In this document: piece after piece, positions 19,641-30,374 of the stretch
Numbering within the stretch: position 1 is the first letter of the stretch
How the letters are laid out: every line of letters starts with the position of its first letter
Translations under genes and position numbers: made by a program
Assembly: GCA_963718615.1 (NCBI GenBank)
Contig: OY970368.1
Coordinates: forward strand, 5,344,001-5,408,000
Direction of reading: 5' to 3'
DNA length: 64,000 bases
Source of the DNA: an uncultured cyanobacterium
Lineage (GTDB): Bacteria > Cyanobacteriota > Cyanobacteriia > PCC-9006 > JAAUQQ01
The notes under the pieces: model-generated
Told to the model about the DNA's origin: nothing
Seen by the model: the letters and a program-made list of their open reading frames with translations, nothing else
Databases searched by the model: none

Positions 19641-19776
19641 TCCCACTAGACAACATCCGGACAGTTTTAGGTAGCTATAGTGTTGTACTGGCATAGGTCT
19701 GGACCAGCAAGGAGTCTGCAGAGCAACCTGATAAGCGATCGCTCACAACATTGTGTCCCAACCAATTGGGTAGGGA

Positions 19777-20292
19777 TTATTTGCGGACAAGGACGGGGGG
19801 GAACGATACCGATTGGGCCATTTTCACCAAACCATAGACCAAAACCATCCCCAACAGCCCCAACGCCATCGCCAGCGGTGCAATGTTCTGCATCCACAGG
19901 ATAATTAAACCGATTCCCACCCCATCGGCGATCAGCACCGGTAAGCGGGGACGAATCCCAAAGGGCACGATCGCCCCCCAACCCAACTCCCAGATCGCCC
20001 CATAAAACCCTGCTAGCTCAATCCCGATGGTACTCCATGTAACCCAGCGAAATCGCTGCAAGCTTGGATCTGCGGTGAAGTTTGGGATCTGTTGAACCTG
20101 ATCAATTTGCTGTAAATCGACGATCGCCATGCGAGCTTGGTCGAGACCGAGGAGGATGAGGGCGATCGCAAGGTAAGACGCTCCTGTTTCGGTTGAATCG
20201 CTCGGGGGGAATCCACCGAAGAGCATTTGCCAGGCGATCGCCCCTAGGGCCGGTAGAAAGAGAACTAGGATTATGACAAGACGTTGTTGCAT
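19777..20292 (-). CDS. Membrane protein of unknown function
   Basis: Several hydrophobic segments; DQARMAIVDL motif. Confidence 0.6.
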   Translation of the reverse strand: MQQRLVIILVLFLPALGAIAWQMLFGGFPPSDSTETGASYLAIALILLGLDQARMAIVDLQQIDQVQQIPNFTADPSLQRFRWVTWSTIGIELAGFYGAIWELGWGAIVPFGIRPRLPVLIADGVGIGLIILWMQNIAPLAMALGLLGMVLVYGLVKMAQSVSFPPVLVRK

Positions 20293-20533
20293 CACGAAGA
20301 AAAAAGACACAATTCGACCCATTGCCGATTTTAGGGATGAATCTCGTGGAGACATGGCATGTTCCTACGTTATGGCATGCGATGTCCCTGGGTTGGCGAT
20401 CGCGATCCATTCAAGCTAATCCACTCACCCCGTTCACGACTCCGCAGGAAATGTACGGTTTATAACCTTAATCTTCCGTAAAAGGCAGTACATCCTCTGA
20501 ATAACCAAATAAATACGTTTTTCTGCCCTGCCC

Positions 20534-22123
20534 ATGATGCCCTCCCCTCCTACGCCCCTGGTTCCCCGAACGCCAGCCCAGGACCCTGTACCATCCCCAG
20601 CAGCTCACCTTCCCCCTCAACTGGTGGGTCGGGTCCAGCAGCGCCATTCGATCGCCCGTCGTTTAACCATTTTTTATGTGGCTTCCTTGAGTGCGATCGC
20701 CGGACTCTCGATCACAGGACAGTTTTTGATCCAGCGGGCATTGGGTCAGCAGACAACCGATATTCAGATTATTCAATCCACGCTGGAGCAGAAGGAAAAC
20801 GTTGGTGCTACTATTCATGCCCTGCGCGAATTGCAGCAAACCTCCGACACAGAGGACCGTCAACCCGCGATCCAAAACCTATCGAATCAAATCCAAACGG
20901 TCAAAACGAGCTGGCAAGTCTTGCAAACCTTGTCTATAGCTTCTGCATCGCGCTCAGGAGGTCGTCAGAGCCAGGTACAGGTAATGGTTCAGCAACTCCG
21001 TCCCTCCTATAAAGCGGTCTTGGCTCATCTGGAGTCAGCGCTCGATCGGGAACAGCATCAATCCCCTCAACAGCTCGAACTCCGGCAATCGCGTAGATTG
21101 AATCGAGTACGGTTTATTCAGGAGAGCCTAACGGGTCAATCAACGCCTGTCCCATTGACACGGACTTCAACGCCGCCCAATGTATTGCCACCTGGCAAGC
21201 CACTGCAAAGGTTAGAAGAACAGTATCTGCATGAGATTGATCAGCGGTTGGAGGACTATAACAACAGCATCGCCGCCAATGTAGAACAACTTAAAAAGCT
21301 AGAGCTGATCCTCCTGGCTGTAACGTTAGTGGTCCTGGTCCTGGAAGGCCTACTGATTTTTCAGCCTGCGGTTCAGCAAACCCATGATTCCCTTGCAGCA
21401 TTGGCACTGTCCCTAGACCAAACCCAGAGAACCACTGCTCAGTTGGCTAGTGAACAAAAGAAATCCGAAAAGTTACTGCTCAATATTTTGCCCCCGTCGA
21501 TCGCCCAACGCCTGAAACAAAAACACCAGCCGATCGCCGACGCCTTTGATGATGTCACGGTTTTATTTGCGGATATTGTCGGCTTTACCGAGCTCTCTAG
21601 CCAGATTCCCCCCCAAGAATTGGTGCAGTTGCTCAACCTAATTTTTTCGGCCTTTGATACCCTAGTCGAAGCGTATGGTTTAGAAAAGATTAAGACCATT
21701 GGTGATGCCTATATGGTAGTGGGTGGATTGCCCCAGCCCCGAGCCGACCATGCAGAAGCGATCGCCGCCCTCGCCCTCGACATGCAGGCGGAAGTCGCCC
21801 GCTTCAACGAAGAAACAGGTTGCTCCCTCAATATCCGGATTGGGATTAACTCAGGGCCAGTGGTTGCAGGGGTAATTGGTATTAAGAAATTTATTTATGA
21901 TCTTTGGGGCGATACGGTGAACTTAGCCAGCCGCATGGAATCCCATGGAGAACCGGGGCAAATTCAGATTACCCAGAGTACTTATGGATTGATTTGCGAT
22001 CGCTACGATATTCAGCCCCGAGGCACGATTCAGGTCAAGGGCAAAGGGGAAACGGTAACTTACTGGGTCATCGGCCATAAAGGGTATCAAGGTTATCGCG
22101 CGAGGGAGGCGATCGCCGCCTAA
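20534..22123 (+). CDS. Membrane-anchored class III adenylate/guanylate cyclase
   Basis: Two TM segments; VLFADIVGFT, KIKTIGDAYM, YDLWGDTVNLASRMES. Confidence 0.92.
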   Translation: MMPSPPTPLVPRTPAQDPVPSPAAHLPPQLVGRVQQRHSIARRLTIFYVASLSAIAGLSITGQFLIQRALGQQTTDIQIIQSTLEQKENVGATIHALRELQQTSDTEDRQPAIQNLSNQIQTVKTSWQVLQTLSIASASRSGGRQSQVQVMVQQLRPSYKAVLAHLESALDREQHQSPQQLELRQSRRLNRVRFIQESLTGQSTPVPLTRTSTPPNVLPPGKPLQRLEEQYLHEIDQRLEDYNNSIAANVEQLKKLELILLAVTLVVLVLEGLLIFQPAVQQTHDSLAALALSLDQTQRTTAQLASEQKKSEKLLLNILPPSIAQRLKQKHQPIADAFDDVTVLFADIVGFTELSSQIPPQELVQLLNLIFSAFDTLVEAYGLEKIKTIGDAYMVVGGLPQPRADHAEAIAALALDMQAEVARFNEETGCSLNIRIGINSGPVVAGVIGIKKFIYDLWGDTVNLASRMESHGEPGQIQITQSTYGLICDRYDIQPRGTIQVKGKGETVTYWVIGHKGYQGYRAREAIAA

Positions 22124-22136
22124 TCGATTAAATCCT

Positions 22137-23516
22137 TCAAGCATCGTGGGACTGGATCAAACTTTTCCAGACCAGCTTAGGCGCGAACAAAATGGTAGGC
22201 GGTTTGACCAAATGAGCCACCTCAATGAAGGCCCGATGCGCTTCAGCACTGGTTAACGAGAGGTGAAGAATGCGATCGAAATAGTTTTGGAACTTGCGCG
22301 TGAGCCATCCCGGTCGTTTTCCTTCGGTATCGGGCCAGCGAAAGTCTTCTCCTGTAGCCATCAGCCAAGGGGTCTTTAGGCTTTTTGCCAGTTGTTGCTG
22401 AAAAGTTTTCTCCCAGCCTGTTGTTGTCGCCAGTCGCTTCGAATGTTGTAGCACTTGATCTAGTGTCATCGCACCCAAGGCGGCGGCGGTCATGCCTTGG
22501 CCATAGACCGGATTGAAACAGCAAACCGCATCGCCCAGGGCAATGATACCCTGGGGCATGACCGAGAGTTGTTCGTAATGTCGCCACTGGTTTTCGGTGC
22601 GGCGATAACAGTAAATCTCAGAGCAGGGCTCAGCGGTTTTTAGAAGGTCATACAACATTGGATGGCGCAGGCTTTGGGCAAAGGCGAGAAAGCCTGCCTC
22701 ATCGCTAGGCGGGTGGTCTCCGGCAATCCCGGACAGAGTTACGATCCAACGGCCCTCCTCAACGGGATAGAGCACGCCACCTCGTTTGGATTCTCCAAGT
22801 TTTGCGCCAATCAGGATGCCTTGGGCGATCGCCTCAGCCGGTCGTTTATACCAGCGGCTAGTATAGCCGAGAAACGAATTGACATTTGTCTCTGGGGGTT
22901 GCTCATAGCCTAAGGCTGCGAGCCAACGCGTTAATGGAGAATTACGACCTGTTGCATCAACAATTAGGTCAGCCTCTAAGATCTCGCGCGCAGACTGAGT
23001 TTGTAGCACAACACCAGCGATCCGCTGAGACGCATCATCACTGAGAACCAAATCCTTGGCATAGGTTCCTGGCCGTAGACAAAACCGTTCCTGGGTTTCG
23101 AGACGCTGCCGAATAGACCATTCCAACAACAAACGACTACAGCACAATCCTGCTAATCCCGAATCATGCCGTTCGAGCCAGCCATCCATACCATAAAAGT
23201 GCCAGTCCGCAATCCAGTCCAGGGGAATCCCACCGGCTGCGACGAGCTCATCCACTAATCCTGGAAAAAGCTGCTCTAGAATCTGTTGGCCCTGCAAAAG
23301 CAAACCATGAACATGCTGATCTTGGGGAACACCGGGACGAGTCGCAGGTTGATCGGGACACTGATCCCGTTCAATCAGTGTGACGCGATCGAAATGATCT
23401 AACAAAACACGAGCGGCCAATAACCCGGCGATACTCCCCCCCAAAACCACGGCATGGTCAAAGACTTGGCTTGGAACCAAGTCAGAAGTCTTTGAGGTAA
23501 ACCAATCCTTAGACAT
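22137..23516 (-). CDS. FAD-dependent monooxygenase/oxidoreductase
   Basis: VLGGSIAGL, RPGVPQDQHVH, VDATGR, GDAVCCFNPVYGQGMT. Confidence 0.85.
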   Translation of the reverse strand: MSKDWFTSKTSDLVPSQVFDHAVVLGGSIAGLLAARVLLDHFDRVTLIERDQCPDQPATRPGVPQDQHVHGLLLQGQQILEQLFPGLVDELVAAGGIPLDWIADWHFYGMDGWLERHDSGLAGLCCSRLLLEWSIRQRLETQERFCLRPGTYAKDLVLSDDASQRIAGVVLQTQSAREILEADLIVDATGRNSPLTRWLAALGYEQPPETNVNSFLGYTSRWYKRPAEAIAQGILIGAKLGESKRGGVLYPVEEGRWIVTLSGIAGDHPPSDEAGFLAFAQSLRHPMLYDLLKTAEPCSEIYCYRRTENQWRHYEQLSVMPQGIIALGDAVCCFNPVYGQGMTAAALGAMTLDQVLQHSKRLATTTGWEKTFQQQLAKSLKTPWLMATGEDFRWPDTEGKRPGWLTRKFQNYFDRILHLSLTSAEAHRAFIEVAHLVKPPTILFAPKLVWKSLIQSHDA

Positions 23517-23635
23517 TCGGTTAGCGGTAAATCCTAATCGTTAAGACTGTGTACGCTTCCACTCTAGCGGTAGATTTAAAAAATGCAGAATACGACTCTG
23601 CCGTTAATTCAGGTGATTCAGGAGTGCAAACCCGT

Positions 23636-24580
23636 ATGGCAATCGATATAGCTTGTCCAGATTTCACCTCAGACCCCGCTTACCAAAACGCGGATTGGCC
23701 GATTCAGGTGGAGGCGATCGCCGCCAACGGTCTCACCTTCGAGGTCCATACCTGCGGTACCGGTGCCAAACTTGCGCTCTGCCTGCATGGCTTCCCGGAA
23801 CATGCCTATTCTTGGCGATATCAGCTTCCCCGTTTGGCTCAACTGGGCTATAAAGCCTGGGCTCCTTGTTTGCGAGGCTACGGTCAGTCCAGCCGTCCTG
23901 AAGGAATAGCGGCCTATGAAATCGATTGCTTGCTTGCAGATGTGGCGGCCCTCATCGATGTATCAGAAACAGAATCAACTGTATTGGTGGGACATGATTG
24001 GGGGGGAGCGATCGCCTGGATGTTTGCCCTGCAACAAATCCGTCCCCTCGAACGCCTAGTGATTATGAATGTGCCCCATCCTCTCTTGTTTCGTCAGGGT
24101 GCGCGGCAATATCCTCAGTTTTTGCGATCGTGGTACATTCTCTTTTTTCAACTTCCCCAAGTGCCAGAGTTATGGCTAGGGCGCAAAGGAGCACAACGGA
24201 TTGCTTCGGCATTTCGGGACATGGCGATCGACAAAAGCAAGTTTCCGCCAGAAGTGTTACAGATCTATCAGCAAAATGCGTTGCAGCCTGGTGCACTAAC
24301 GGCCATGGTCAATTACTATCGAGCTAATTTCAAAATATTTGCAGATCCCCCTTCAGCATCGCTCCAGCAACAGCTCACGACATCAATCAAGACACCTACA
24401 CTCATGCTTTGGGGAGAAGCAGACAGTGCCTTAGGCAAAGAGTTGACCCATGGCACCGAAGAGCTGGTTGAAGATTTTACAATTTACTATTTGCCCCAGG
24501 TTTCCCATTGGGTACAGCAGGAAGCCCCGGAGCAAGTTAATCGCTTGTTGGTGGACTGGCTGATGTCATCTATTATCTAA
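23636..24580 (+). CDS. Alpha/beta hydrolase, epoxide hydrolase-like
   Basis: LHGFPE, GHDWGG, SWY, NYYRA, SHWVQQE. Confidence 0.88.
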   Translation: MAIDIACPDFTSDPAYQNADWPIQVEAIAANGLTFEVHTCGTGAKLALCLHGFPEHAYSWRYQLPRLAQLGYKAWAPCLRGYGQSSRPEGIAAYEIDCLLADVAALIDVSETESTVLVGHDWGGAIAWMFALQQIRPLERLVIMNVPHPLLFRQGARQYPQFLRSWYILFFQLPQVPELWLGRKGAQRIASAFRDMAIDKSKFPPEVLQIYQQNALQPGALTAMVNYYRANFKIFADPPSASLQQQLTTSIKTPTLMLWGEADSALGKELTHGTEELVEDFTIYYLPQVSHWVQQEAPEQVNRLLVDWLMSSII

Positions 24581-24819
24581 AGGGACTCAAACATCGCGGT
24601 AAAGCCTTCCAAGGCCATGCAGGCTTCAACGAATTCCTCGGCGTCGCTCACATCTTCTAGCTTATATTCCATGATGCGGCGCTCGTCACCTTTCATTTTG
24701 CGCGTAATTCCAGCTTCAGCGGTGTAACGGGCGGCGATCGCCTTAAACTCCGCCGAATGAGCTTTCCAAGCCTCAGAAGAACAGTTGATCAAGACTCGCC
24801 ACATTGCTTCAATCCTCAT
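24577..24819 (-). CDS. Small hypothetical protein
   Basis: 80-aa ORF with protein-like composition, abutting the convergent hydrolase stop. Confidence 0.6.
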   Translation of the reverse strand: MRIEAMWRVLINCSSEAWKAHSAEFKAIAARYTAEAGITRKMKGDERRIMEYKLEDVSDAEEFVEACMALEGFTAMFESL

Positions 24820-24979
24820 ACAAGAGCAGGCTCTATCATCCCAGATCTAGGGATGACTTAGGGGCGTGAGTTGTATAAGTTGAGTATAAGGATTTGGTAA
24901 GGGAGAACCAGCAATGGCTGTATTCTCCGAGCAACTTGATACTGTGAGCATGTCACAAATACTACTAAAAAGGTAGAAC

Positions 24980-25762
24980 ATGCAGATCAAGAGGACAGGG
25001 ATTGCTTCAGCCGTTGAGCATCAAGCCGAGCAAAGATCTGGACAAACCTCAGTTCGACCTGAGGCTTTACCCATTGTTTATCGTGAGGGATCTCAGTTGG
25101 GTCTTGTATATCGAATCAAGCCTGAGGTTGCCGCTGCTGCGCTCTCCGATTTACCCTTTGAGCCGCTGATTCTGTGGGGCAAAGCCCTGGTTGTTTTGGG
25201 TGCCTTTGAGTACCGGGATACGGATATCGGTCCCTATGCCGAGATTGGTTTGTGTATGTATGTAAAGCGACCCGGTAGTTCTCCCTCTAAACTACAAGTT
25301 TTGAGAAAGACCAGAGTTGTGGAAGATGTGGCCATGTATGTCTTCAATCTGCCGGTCAATACAGATCTGGCCTGTCGGGCTGGGATGGCGTTGTGGGGGT
25401 ATCCCAAGTACGTCAGTGAAATCCAAACCTCGTTTACGCCAAATCGCGTTGATATACAACTGGGCCAAGAATTCAGGCTAAGTCATGAGCGAGGCTGGGG
25501 GCTGCCGTGGAAAGCGATTCCCTTTATTACCTACTCGATTCTGGAGCAGCGGTTGCTTAGAACCATTACAGAAGTGGATCATCCCGTGCAGATTGGGGGG
25601 GCTCGTACGGTCAAGCTTACCCTCTTGGGAAAAGGTCCTACGGCATCAAAAATGCGTGCTTTAGGACTAGAGCACATGCAGCCGACTTTGGCCTTCCGGA
25701 CAGATGGCCTGAGGAGTATTTTGCCCGCAGGAAAGGATATGGGACCAATCTTAAATTTTTGA
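24980..25762 (+). CDS. Acetoacetate decarboxylase-like family protein
   Basis: FEYRDTDIGPYAE, LPV...A...G..LWGYPK (Schiff-base Lys). Confidence 0.8.
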   Translation: MQIKRTGIASAVEHQAEQRSGQTSVRPEALPIVYREGSQLGLVYRIKPEVAAAALSDLPFEPLILWGKALVVLGAFEYRDTDIGPYAEIGLCMYVKRPGSSPSKLQVLRKTRVVEDVAMYVFNLPVNTDLACRAGMALWGYPKYVSEIQTSFTPNRVDIQLGQEFRLSHERGWGLPWKAIPFITYSILEQRLLRTITEVDHPVQIGGARTVKLTLLGKGPTASKMRALGLEHMQPTLAFRTDGLRSILPAGKDMGPILNF

Positions 25763-25836
25763 TAAACCGTATCCCAACCTGCAATACGTCTATTTTCACT
25801 CCCTACAATGAAGGTTTCATCGTCAGGGAGGAGTCC

Positions 25837-27081
25837 ATGCAAGAGCCCATTCGCATCCCTCGGCTTCGTGTCTTACCCAGTACGATTCAGCAACATCCCC
25901 TGCCCATCCGCTGGGGGCAGCTCAACCCGCTGAAACGAGGTCCCCTTCTCACCAATCTGGCCCATAGCACTCAGCGCAATGCCATCGGAGCCCATGGGGG
26001 ATCCTATTCGGTGTATCGGGCGATCGCCGTGGCCCAAGGACAGCTCGACCCAGACCATCGGCCCAACTGGCGCAACACAGACCCCGCCGTCGCCCTTGGC
26101 CCCTATCCCAGTTGGGGCGACCCGGACCGGATTGTGACGCTGGATCCCTTTGGGGCTCAAGTGCCCAACCTGTTTGCAGCCTATCTCTACCGGGGCTACA
26201 ATGTGCAGCCAACCATCGCCGTGACCCAGGCCCATTTGGATATGCCGGAACTGGCTGAAGCCGTGGCGGCGGGGCGGTTGCAGGTGGATGGGAAAATCCT
26301 CAAATCGCCGACGGAACTGAAAGTTACGAAAGCGGCCATCGACCCGGTTTGGTATCTACCCGGCGTAGCTCAACGGCTCGGCGTCACCGAGGAGGCCCTG
26401 CGAGCTGCGCTGTTTTTGCAGACCGGCGGCATGTTTCCGGAACTCACCCAGCGAGAAGACTTAAAAATCTTTTTGCCGCCCATTGGCAATACCACAGCCT
26501 ATATTGTTGGCGACGCAAGAAGTTTAGCCAATCCCCAAGGACCAGTATCCGTGCGCATGCATGACGAATGTAACGGCTCGGATGTGTTTGGCTCTGATAT
26601 CTGTACCTGTCGTCCCTATTTGGCTCAAGGCTTGGAAGAGGGCATTCGGGCGGCCCAAGCGGGAGGCGTTGGGCTAGTGGTCTATTTTCGCAAGGAGGGA
26701 CGATCCCTGGGGGAAGTGACGAAGTATTTGGTTTACAACGCCCGTAAACGGCAGGCAGGGGGCGATCGCGCCAGCACCTATTTTGCCCGGACCGAATGCG
26801 TCGCCGGGGTACAGGATGCTCGCTTTCAGGAACTCATGCCCGATGTGCTGCATTGGCTTGGAGTTCGCCATATCGACCGGCTGATTTCCATGAGTAATCT
26901 CAAATACGATGCGATTATCCGCTCTGGAATCACCGTTGGAGAACGGGTACCGTTGCCCAGCAATTTAATTCCCCAGGACGCCCAGGTGGAAATCGAAGCC
27001 AAAAAGGCTGCTGGCTATTACAGCGAAGATACGCCACCGGATCTGGCCCAATTGGAACAGGTAAAAGGGCGATCGCTCTAA
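25837..27081 (+). CDS. GTP cyclohydrolase II-like protein of URC1/Urg1 type
   Basis: N-terminal RNAIGAHGGSYSVYRA extension; RMHDECNGSDVFGSDICTCRPYL, RKEGRSLGEVTKYLVYNARK. Confidence 0.88.
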   Translation: MQEPIRIPRLRVLPSTIQQHPLPIRWGQLNPLKRGPLLTNLAHSTQRNAIGAHGGSYSVYRAIAVAQGQLDPDHRPNWRNTDPAVALGPYPSWGDPDRIVTLDPFGAQVPNLFAAYLYRGYNVQPTIAVTQAHLDMPELAEAVAAGRLQVDGKILKSPTELKVTKAAIDPVWYLPGVAQRLGVTEEALRAALFLQTGGMFPELTQREDLKIFLPPIGNTTAYIVGDARSLANPQGPVSVRMHDECNGSDVFGSDICTCRPYLAQGLEEGIRAAQAGGVGLVVYFRKEGRSLGEVTKYLVYNARKRQAGGDRASTYFARTECVAGVQDARFQELMPDVLHWLGVRHIDRLISMSNLKYDAIIRSGITVGERVPLPSNLIPQDAQVEIEAKKAAGYYSEDTPPDLAQLEQVKGRSL

Positions 27082-27100
27082 CCCATACCCCATTAAATTT

Positions 27101-28339
27101 ATGGTTTTAACCATGACTGAACCAGCGGATGCGATCGCCTATTTCCTGTCGCCTGAGGCCGTGCGCGATCGCTGCTTGTTTCTCTATCAACTGGCCCAAG
27201 AAGATCAGCTTCAGCATTTCAAACTTCACGAAGATCGCCTTGAGATCGCGGTAGAAAAGGTCCTAGCCATCACCCGCCACAATTACCCAGATCTCAACGT
27301 GCCCCTCCACGCCCGCTGGCGACATTTTGAGGTGGGTGGCATGAACCGCATTGCCCAGCTTCAAGCCCAGCTCAACGGCCTTGCTCCCCAGGACCAAGCC
27401 AAAGCTCATATCGACTTGGTTTTAGTCAGCGTACTCTTGGATGCGGGGGCGGGGGCACAGTGGCAGTATGGTGACGCAGCTACGGGAGAGTGGTTTGGGC
27501 GATCGGAGGGATTGGCGATCGCCAGTTACGATCTCTTCTGTTCTGGCCTCTTTTCCAGCAATCCCCAGAATCCCTACCAAGTTGATGCCCAGGGATTACT
27601 CAGACTGACGGTGGAGTCCTTGGCCGCAGGGATGCAGGTTCATGCAGGGAATCCGATGGTCGGTCTCGAAGGGCGGGTTCAGTTGCTCCGGCAGCTCGGT
27701 CAGGTCATTTCCACTTGGGTGCAGGGGCTAGCACAACCGGCACGACCGGGAGATTTATTCGATTTTCTACAGTTGCAGAGCCATCGAGGGGAGCTCCAAG
27801 CACGGCAGTTACTGATTACGATTCTGCGAAAATTGGGTCAGATTTGGCCGGGGCGATCGCAGATTTTGCAACAGAATCTAGGGGATACTTGGCCCCATTC
27901 TGCCCTGACTGCTCTAGATCCAACCTATCCCTATGTACCCTTTCACAAGCTTTCCCAATGGCTGAGCTATTCCCTGGTTGAACCGTTGGCCTTGGCGGGG
28001 TTAAAAGTTGTCAATCTCGATCAATTGACGGGACTAGCTGAATATCGTAATGGGGGACTTTTTATCGACACAGGCGTCTTAGAGCTGAGAGATCCGATGG
28101 AGTTAGAAAAGACCCATGCGCCGAGTAGTGAACTGATTGTCGAATGGCGATCGCTCACGGTTATTCTCCTCGATCGTTTAGCCCAACAACTGCGTCAAAA
28201 ACTCCAGAAAACTTCAGCAACGCTAACCCTAGGCAGTATCCTTCAGGGAGGTACTTGGAGTGCTGGCCGCGCCTTAGCTCAACACCGACCAGGGAGCATA
28301 CCACCTCTCAGCTTAGCCAGTGATGGGACCGTGTTTTGA
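27101..28339 (+). CDS. URC4/Urg3 (DUF1688) family protein
   Basis: SVLLDAGAG, RSEGLAIAS, FHKLSQWLSYSL, LTGLAEYRNGGL, C-terminal SDGTVF. Confidence 0.88.
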   Translation: MVLTMTEPADAIAYFLSPEAVRDRCLFLYQLAQEDQLQHFKLHEDRLEIAVEKVLAITRHNYPDLNVPLHARWRHFEVGGMNRIAQLQAQLNGLAPQDQAKAHIDLVLVSVLLDAGAGAQWQYGDAATGEWFGRSEGLAIASYDLFCSGLFSSNPQNPYQVDAQGLLRLTVESLAAGMQVHAGNPMVGLEGRVQLLRQLGQVISTWVQGLAQPARPGDLFDFLQLQSHRGELQARQLLITILRKLGQIWPGRSQILQQNLGDTWPHSALTALDPTYPYVPFHKLSQWLSYSLVEPLALAGLKVVNLDQLTGLAEYRNGGLFIDTGVLELRDPMELEKTHAPSSELIVEWRSLTVILLDRLAQQLRQKLQKTSATLTLGSILQGGTWSAGRALAQHRPGSIPPLSLASDGTVF

Positions 28340-28399
28340 ACGCTGCCCATTTTACATGCTTCCCAAGTCTTTCCTCCCAAGTCTCCTTTCAAAACCCAT

Positions 28400-30340
28400 T
28401 CATTCGACTAATTTAGCATTTTCGCTAAATTCCGGTTGATCTAAAGAATGGCACTCTCCTTGAACTGGACTATGATATTGCGGCGTATGATATTGCGGCG
28501 ATTGAAGAGATGGAACTTGAGGGGAGGGTGAAGATAAGGGCTGTAGTGTTGTCTCCGGATTAATAGGAGGTTGTGAGGATTGAATGGTTTGATTGGGCTG
28601 GGTAGATTGAGTAGCTTGAGTAGATTGAGGAGATGCCGAAGTTTTAGGATTGGAAGGCTTAGGTGGTTTAGGCGATTTGGACGATTTAGCCAAATCATTG
28701 GTCTTAGGACCGGATTTCTGCTCTCGCCAGGGAAAGCGCTCCAAAGCCTTCTGCTTGAGTATACTGTAATGATCTTCATCACTAATTTCCAAAACTTTCG
28801 CAAAGTTTTGCATCATCAAATCGGCTAAATATCCCTGGGATGGTTTCTGGCTCAACTCTTGGAGAAGACTTTGATAGGTTTGTTCCCGCTTCTGTTTGGT
28901 AAACTCAGGCAGAACCTTAGCCAAAATGTAGATCTCATAGGGATTAAGCTCCGCAAGATCTCGACCTTCTGTATATTCAGTTAATTGAGGATAGAGTCGT
29001 TTGAGTTGTTGCTGTAAACGGTTAGCAACACTTTCCCGGAGATAGAGACCGGGCGATCTAAACCAGGCTCGATATAGCCAGATCGCACTCACTAAAGAAA
29101 TCAGGGACTGATACGCCAACTGAGCAGGATAGGGAAATTGCATAATCCAACCCCGCCCTCCAAAGATAAAGAAGAAGTTGAAAATTAGAAAAGTACAAAA
29201 GGTAAAAATTCGATGCTGAATTACCTTAGGAGAGATATTGGGAGAATAACGGTATTTAGTTTTTCGATACCATCGTTCAAACCCTAGGCCAGCTCGCCAG
29301 CCCAAGAGCGTTGTCGTACCTAAAACCATTGGAACTGCGAACAGTTTTGGGATCGGGATAGCATAGCCAAAGCAATAGAGACCCGATTCCAAAAGTTCCT
29401 TAAGATCAGCCTGATGGCGAATCCAGGCACTAGAGAAGAAAAAGTTCCAGTTTCCTGATTCAATAAAATAGTAACTAAAGAAGCCAATGACTAAACCAAA
29501 ATAGCCATAGCGCAAAAACTTTTCGGAATTTTGATCGATCAATTCCCAATAATTTCTTTCAGCATCGATATCCATGCAGACACTCTGGCAAGCCACACAG
29601 GCACTTTTTTCCTTGCCATCTTCTGTAGTCGTTCGACACATCGATTGACTCACCGAACCACTTTGGCTCGCATGGCGAGTCATTAGCCCAATAGGCTGAC
29701 TATAAATTCTCTGAACTGGAGCCATTGGGCAAATGTATTGACACCAGCTTTTACCACTATAGGCATAGCCGACGCACAGTGCAGCCACAATCGTTAAAAT
29801 CAGCCAACTTCCTAGGGCAATACGATGAGAATCAATTAGCCATAATCTAGCACAGAGCCCCAAAAACAAAAGACCAAACTGTAAATAGGTATAGTTTCGA
29901 CCTAGCCAAGACTCTGGCGAAACACTAGCCAAAACCTCTTTTGTTTTACCTGTTTTGGGATTAACGGTGGTAATCTTGCGTTGTCGATCTAAAGCCCTTG
30001 GAAGTTGAGAGATAAAGGAAAGTGGACAAATTCGACGCCAAAATTCATGGCCAAAGACTAACAAAATAAAAATTGAAGCTGGAACAATAGTTCCCCAAAA
30101 CAAAGTTGGTCCCAAAGAATAACTAACAATTTTTAAACATTCATCCTGAAACGGTACGCAATCGCTAGACCGGATTCGAAATGGAGGGACGCCACCCTTT
30201 TGTTGCGTAATAAAAGGAGAAATAGGATCGTAAAACAGTAATATAATCAGGCTCAGCCAGCCAACCAAAACAATCCATCGAAGTCGATGCATGCGGGTCT
30301 CTGAGATCCCGTTGAGTTGATGTGCTAATTTATTGAGCAT
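28400..30340 (-). CDS. Polytopic membrane protein with 4Fe-4S/polyferredoxin-type Cys motifs and a low-complexity tail
   Basis: WRRICPL, WCQYICPM, CVACQSVCMDID; multiple TM helices; P/S/Q-rich C-terminus. Confidence 0.75.
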   Translation of the reverse strand: MLNKLAHQLNGISETRMHRLRWIVLVGWLSLIILLFYDPISPFITQQKGGVPPFRIRSSDCVPFQDECLKIVSYSLGPTLFWGTIVPASIFILLVFGHEFWRRICPLSFISQLPRALDRQRKITTVNPKTGKTKEVLASVSPESWLGRNYTYLQFGLLFLGLCARLWLIDSHRIALGSWLILTIVAALCVGYAYSGKSWCQYICPMAPVQRIYSQPIGLMTRHASQSGSVSQSMCRTTTEDGKEKSACVACQSVCMDIDAERNYWELIDQNSEKFLRYGYFGLVIGFFSYYFIESGNWNFFFSSAWIRHQADLKELLESGLYCFGYAIPIPKLFAVPMVLGTTTLLGWRAGLGFERWYRKTKYRYSPNISPKVIQHRIFTFCTFLIFNFFFIFGGRGWIMQFPYPAQLAYQSLISLVSAIWLYRAWFRSPGLYLRESVANRLQQQLKRLYPQLTEYTEGRDLAELNPYEIYILAKVLPEFTKQKREQTYQSLLQELSQKPSQGYLADLMMQNFAKVLEISDEDHYSILKQKALERFPWREQKSGPKTNDLAKSSKSPKPPKPSNPKTSASPQSTQATQSTQPNQTIQSSQPPINPETTLQPLSSPSPQVPSLQSPQYHTPQYHSPVQGECHSLDQPEFSENAKLVE

Positions 30341-30374
30341 GGGTAGTAAATCAAGAATCCAAGTTATGAAAAAC

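Noticed and set aside
24947-24957. CRP-like site TGTGAGCATGTCACA near 24943-24957, upstream of the ADC-like gene
   Set aside because: The spacer is 5 nt rather than the 6 nt of the TGTGA-N6-TCACA consensus.
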